Of a stretch of 64,000 nucleotides of DNA, positions 60,109-64,000 are shown piece after piece. The DNA is taken from positions 2,912,001 through 2,976,000 of the forward strand of contig CBDDIJ010000003.1 in NCBI GenBank assembly GCA_965228855.1, written 5' to 3'. Numbering within the stretch: position 1 is the first letter of the stretch; each line of letters begins with the position of its first letter. The notes below the pieces were generated by a model. It did no database searches and was not told where the DNA came from. It saw only the letters and a list, made by a program, of their open reading frames with translations. Made by a program: the position numbers and the translations under genes. This stretch comes from Candidatus Obscuribacterales bacterium. Lineage in GTDB: Bacteria; Cyanobacteriota; Vampirovibrionia; Obscuribacterales; Obscuribacteraceae.

Positions 60109-61808
60109 TAGTTTTCCCAGCCCAGCTCCTTGAGAGCCGAGTCCAGATCTATGCGACTGCGCTGGCAGTAATGCAGAGCGATAATCGCCTTACCTTCTTC
60201 CAGCTTGTTTTGCGCCACCAGTTCGTTGCATTTGAATGCACCATCCGCGGTGTGTTGATCGAGTTTGCCGGCCTTCACGAGGATACTGACGATCTGACCG
60301 CCGTGTTTGTCGCGAACTTTGCTGGCGGTTTCATTATCAAAGTCACTAACTAGTTGGGCTTTCCGCAGCAACTCTAGCGCCAACGTCGATTCATTTGTCT
60401 CACCTGAGGTCTCCTGGACCTTGCGCCCAACACCGAAGACCTCCAGGCAAAGTGCATCAAGCGCTTCATCTTTAGTCATTTCGCCGGAGCGGATACTTTC
60501 CTGAAGTTTCAGCGCCTGACGAATCACGGGACCGCGGATTATGGCAGCCTCAACGAGAATCTGACCGAGAGGCGGTGCCAAAGCCTTCATATCACTTGGT
60601 TTAAGAGGCGCCGCGATAAGCTTGGGATCTACCGCTCCACCTCGAATATGCGCTCGGCGGACCGCTTCTGCGGCCTTTGCCGTGCTCAAGCTGCCGGAGC
60701 GCACAAGCTCCTGTAACTGCAAAGCCGCATCTACTGTAGTCTCAGGAACCAGACCAGCCTCCACAAGAAACTGACCGAGACGGAGGTTGGGACGAGGCTG
60801 ATCACTCGGAGCAGGCATTTGCTGCGCGCCGGGCTGCATCATCGGCTGGACTCCCGACTGCAACATCGGCTGAACGCCTGACTGCATCATCGGCTGAACC
60901 CCGGACTCCATCATGCCCTGCTGAGGATACTGCTGATTTTGTTGGGGATAGCCCTGAGGATAGCCGTACTGCGGATACCCGGGATAACCTTGCGGATAGT
61001 AGCCCTGAGGATATCCCTGCGGATAGCCCTGCACGTAACCGTATTGCGGCGGGTACTGGTATCCCGGCGGATAGGGCAAACCTGGCGGCATTCCGGGCGG
61101 CGGAGCAGCAGCGGCGGTCGGCTGTACGTTGCCAGCTTCTGGCTGCGGCTGCTCATCAGCCTTCTCGCTCTTCTCCCTCTTCTGTTCCTTCTTCGCCTTT
61201 GTCTCAGGCGTGTCGGAAAGCAAGGCAAACTCATTGGCAGAAGCGAGTCCAGACTGGTAAAAGGATAGCCCCTTCGATGGCATTTCAACGGCTTCATTAC
61301 CGGTCAGAAGCCCATTGTCGTTGTATCCCGGGCGTTCCATCGATGGTTGAACCTGCGGAGCACGCTCGTCACGAGCGTCGCGGTTGAGCGCGCTCGGTCC
61401 CGCGGAACTTACGCCGCTGGTGGACTCGGAAAAACTGCTCGAACCGCTGAACGTTCCGCTGGTAGATGCTGATGAACTGTGCGACTTGCTGGAGAACTCA
61501 GTTTCGACTTCTTCAGGAATCGATAGCATCAACACGTCGTACAAGAGCTCCACGTCCTCGAAAGGCGAACTCCAAACGACACGAGACTTGCCGCCCTCGC
61601 CTTCATACAACGTCCATATCGGGTCGCCGCCTGCGACCTCAAGGCGCGTCGTGAGACTGTAATGCACGCCGGTAAGCTTATTCTTCCACGGCAGTTCCAC
61701 CGTGCAGCCCTTGGCCTTGCTTGCCTCGTCAGCCAGACTTTTGACGTCAGCGACTTTGGGAGCATGCGACAGTGGATTGAGGCGAACGTGTTTTTTGGGT
61801 CGGTACAT
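60108..61808 (-). CDS. unnamed N-terminal domain + Y/P/Q/G low-complexity linker + MshEN-like repeats
   Basis: RLGQFLVEAGLVPETTVDAALQLQ and PLGQILVEAAIIRGPVIRQALKLQ motifs; N-terminus paralogous to the 14563 protein. Confidence 0.75.
   Translation of the reverse strand: MYRPKKHVRLNPLSHAPKVADVKSLADEASKAKGCTVELPWKNKLTGVHYSLTTRLEVAGGDPIWTLYEGEGGKSRVVWSSPFEDVELLYDVLMLSIPEEVETEFSSKSHSSSASTSGTFSGSSSFSESTSGVSSAGPSALNRDARDERAPQVQPSMERPGYNDNGLLTGNEAVEMPSKGLSFYQSGLASANEFALLSDTPETKAKKEQKREKSEKADEQPQPEAGNVQPTAAAAPPPGMPPGLPYPPGYQYPPQYGYVQGYPQGYPQGYYPQGYPGYPQYGYPQGYPQQNQQYPQQGMMESGVQPMMQSGVQPMLQSGVQPMMQPGAQQMPAPSDQPRPNLRLGQFLVEAGLVPETTVDAALQLQELVRSGSLSTAKAAEAVRRAHIRGGAVDPKLIAAPLKPSDMKALAPPLGQILVEAAIIRGPVIRQALKLQESIRSGEMTKDEALDALCLEVFGVGRKVQETSGETNESTLALELLRKAQLVSDFDNETASKVRDKHGGQIVSILVKAGKLDQHTADGAFKCNELVAQNKLEEGKAIIALHYCQRSRIDLDSALKELGWEN
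60819..61090 (-). repeat. coding tandem repeats (M[ML][EQ]SGVQP x3-4; YPQG/YPPG)
   Basis: 24-nt repeats at 60819-60914 and ggatagccctg-type repeats at about 60925-61090. Confidence 0.8.
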
Positions 61809-61953
61809 GGAACTGCTCACGTAAGAATCTACGGCATTTATCAGACGCTTTTCAGTACACAACTGGAAGAGGCGCCAACTACTACTTTACCCACGTACAG
61901 GAGCAGTTCTACTCTTGAGATCATAAAAGAGTATCTAAATCTAAAATGCGCCT

Positions 61954-62508
61954 TCAATACTGCGATGCGTAAGGGTCCTGAGCGTATCCCGGATAAGACA
62001 GCGTAGGCGGTGTATAAGTGTTCTGCGAATAGCTGGGCTGACCTCCGCCGGACGCTGTCTGCGGCATAGCGACGAGCGGACTGGAAGGAGAGCGGTGCGA
62101 CAGCGGAATGTTCAAGTCGGCGACAACTTGCAAGTGCCCGTTCGGCAAACTGCGAGCGTAAAAAGTATGCTGTGTCTTGCCGACGAAATACCGGCATCCG
62201 GAGTTAGTTCGGATCACTCCTTCGAATTGGTCGGGAGACTTATTCCAGCCGCCATTCGCCTGCCTGTATAGAACGTTTCCCCTCATCAAAATACCGTCGT
62301 GCACATCGGCAGGCACCGGGCAAAACTGCTCCCACTCAGCCTTCATGCGCCCGACAAGAACTCGGACGTGCTCCTGTCCATACAGCCAGGCACCTCTGTA
62401 ATTGTCCATCGCGGTATTCAAATCGATATAGTGACGACCGGTCTGAGCGTCGGATTTCAAGTAAGTATCCGACGCAGAGGCGCTGAACGTCTCTTGCTGT
62501 TTAGGCAT
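61954..62508 (-). CDS. hypothetical protein with Tyr/Pro/Gln-rich tail
   Basis: 184-aa ORF co-oriented with its neighbours. Confidence 0.6.
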   Translation of the reverse strand: MPKQQETFSASASDTYLKSDAQTGRHYIDLNTAMDNYRGAWLYGQEHVRVLVGRMKAEWEQFCPVPADVHDGILMRGNVLYRQANGGWNKSPDQFEGVIRTNSGCRYFVGKTQHTFYARSLPNGHLQVVADLNIPLSHRSPSSPLVAMPQTASGGGQPSYSQNTYTPPTLSYPGYAQDPYASQY

Positions 62509-62604
62509 CTCATCATACGTCGCCGTACTTTTTACTTCACCTTGAAGAATTAAACCAGACAGCTTCCCTTCCTCCGAATCACGCGTTAAACCCTGAATAA
62601 AAGG

Positions 62605-63927
62605 CTACATACGAAAGTGCTCTTCTCCGTGTGGACTGTGCACGTGCAAATATCGCCGCGACAATTCATCAGCTTCTTCGACTTTGCCGTTTTCCTTCAG
62701 CAGAGCAGACATCGCGATCGGCAATTCGTAGAGTTTTCTCTTCAAATGCGGCGACAACTTATCGTAACCATCCATCGCCTTGCGGTAGGCAGTTTCAGCG
62801 TCCGCGCGTTTGTTATGTCGTTGATAGAAGTGTCCGAGCTCGACTAAACAATCGATGTGAAGATACGGATGCGGAGGCTTTCGCGTTTCTTCAATCTGAA
62901 CCGCTTCTTTGAAAAGCGCCTCTGCACGTTCGACTTTACCCAGTTGCTCGGCCCCCTTCGCAAGATTTAAAAGAGCGCTGGTGTTTTTATGATGATCGTT
63001 ACCGTGAACTTTTTTGCCCAACTCATACGTCGTCTCATAGTGAGCATGAGCTTTCTCTGGCTGCTTCAAATGCGCATACGATAAACCCAGATAATGGTGA
63101 ATCGGAATCAGATCCCGCTGATTTTCATCCTTCAATTGCTTCGCAAGATCCAGCGCGGCGTGCAGATTTTCGGTGGCCGCTTGGTACTCTCGACACTCAT
63201 AACAGTTGATACCGAGTGTGGTGAGATCGCGAACGATCTCAATGTGTTTTTCACCAAAGTGTTTCTTGTCGATTTCCATTGCTTGTTTAAGGAGTTCGAC
63301 TGAATCCTTGTACTTCTTCTCGCCCGCATACAGCCGAGCAAGATTATGCATCGTGACCGCGAGTTCAGGCGCGTCCGGTTTCAAAACCTTTCGCTTGATG
63401 GCAAGCGCCTTTTGATACCACTCTTCCGATTCATGCGGCTTGTGAAGCGCGTCACATACGACAGCAAGATTGCCCATCGTCTCAGCTATCCGCAAGTCAT
63501 ATTCCGGAAGCAAACGCTGCCTGATTTCAAGAGCGCGAACGAGGTTTTTATGCGAAAGCTCATACTCACCGGTGCGCGTATAAAGATGGTTGAGTTGATT
63601 CAGAGATGTGGCGAGATTCAACTCCTGGGATTTCTCGGACTCAGCGAACTTAACTGCATCCTTCCAGATTTTGCCGGCTTCCTCTAAGTTTCCTTTGACA
63701 AAAGTCTCTTCGGCTTTGCCCTCGAGCTCTTCCCATTTCTTATCGGCTACCGGATCGGGTTTTACCGTTTCGTGTTTTGAAACCGCCGCGCTGTTTGCCT
63801 GATTATTCGCATGGAGAGCCGGTTTAACGCCATCCGCGTCAAGAGCTGTCGAGGCAGAAACATTCGTCAATCCAAATAAGAGTGACAACAATACAGCGGA
63901 TTTGATTTTTCGTTCCCTTAGAACCAT
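62605..63927 (-). CDS. secreted TPR protein (kinesin-light-chain-type repeats)
   Basis: Signal peptide; 42-aa repeats LATSLNQL, IAETMGNLA, LAVTMHNLA. Confidence 0.85.
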   Translation of the reverse strand: MVLRERKIKSAVLLSLLFGLTNVSASTALDADGVKPALHANNQANSAAVSKHETVKPDPVADKKWEELEGKAEETFVKGNLEEAGKIWKDAVKFAESEKSQELNLATSLNQLNHLYTRTGEYELSHKNLVRALEIRQRLLPEYDLRIAETMGNLAVVCDALHKPHESEEWYQKALAIKRKVLKPDAPELAVTMHNLARLYAGEKKYKDSVELLKQAMEIDKKHFGEKHIEIVRDLTTLGINCYECREYQAATENLHAALDLAKQLKDENQRDLIPIHHYLGLSYAHLKQPEKAHAHYETTYELGKKVHGNDHHKNTSALLNLAKGAEQLGKVERAEALFKEAVQIEETRKPPHPYLHIDCLVELGHFYQRHNKRADAETAYRKAMDGYDKLSPHLKRKLYELPIAMSALLKENGKVEEADELSRRYLHVHSPHGEEHFRM

Positions 63928-64000
63928 TCGACCAGCCTCAAACGCAAACTTTCGTCCGGAAGACTATATTAGCGCCAAACACGAAAAGTTTCTCGTTTTT

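Noticed and set aside
60819..61090. CRISPR-like periodic repeats
   Set aside because: The repeats are in-frame, contiguous coding repeats with no unique spacers, and there are no cas genes.
1..64000. tRNA, rRNA, transposase, integrase or prophage genes
   Set aside because: None recognised by eye in the ORF track or in the intergenic regions.

Overview
64-kb stretch of an ordinary-looking bacterial chromosome. I found no phage, IS, CRISPR, tRNA or rRNA. The cyanobacteria-like MetK, MiaB and ECF sigma, the absence of photosynthesis genes and the many orphan TPR and DUF4388 proteins suggest a non-photosynthetic cyanobacterial relative (Vampirovibrionia/Melainabacteria, Obscuribacterales-like); this is inference only. 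Housekeeping genes (sucCD, pfk, ribD, miaB, sua5, nagZ, metK, argS, rpiB, glycerate kinase, pepA) alternate with many signalling genes: an ECF sigma operon with a triple-zinc-finger anti-sigma and a Spy-like protein, two hybrid kinases, a KdpDE-like pair, an FHA-cyclase with an FHA-only paralog, and PAS-only, WYL and XRE proteins. The main observation is three dispersed 'hypothetical' proteins (14563-16167, 42040-44040, 60108-61808) built from a shared set of modules. These are an unrecognised ~87-aa three-Trp N-terminal domain, DUF4388/PatA_N, MshEN-type c-di-GMP-binding motifs and a catalytically dead GGDEF with an intact RxxD I-site. Together they suggest an undescribed c-di-GMP effector network. 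Other candidates are an anthrax-lethal-factor-like zincin without a signal peptide, several structured intergenic RNA candidates, a non-canonical PFK motif and a PepA with basic insertions. All alignments and folds were done by eye.
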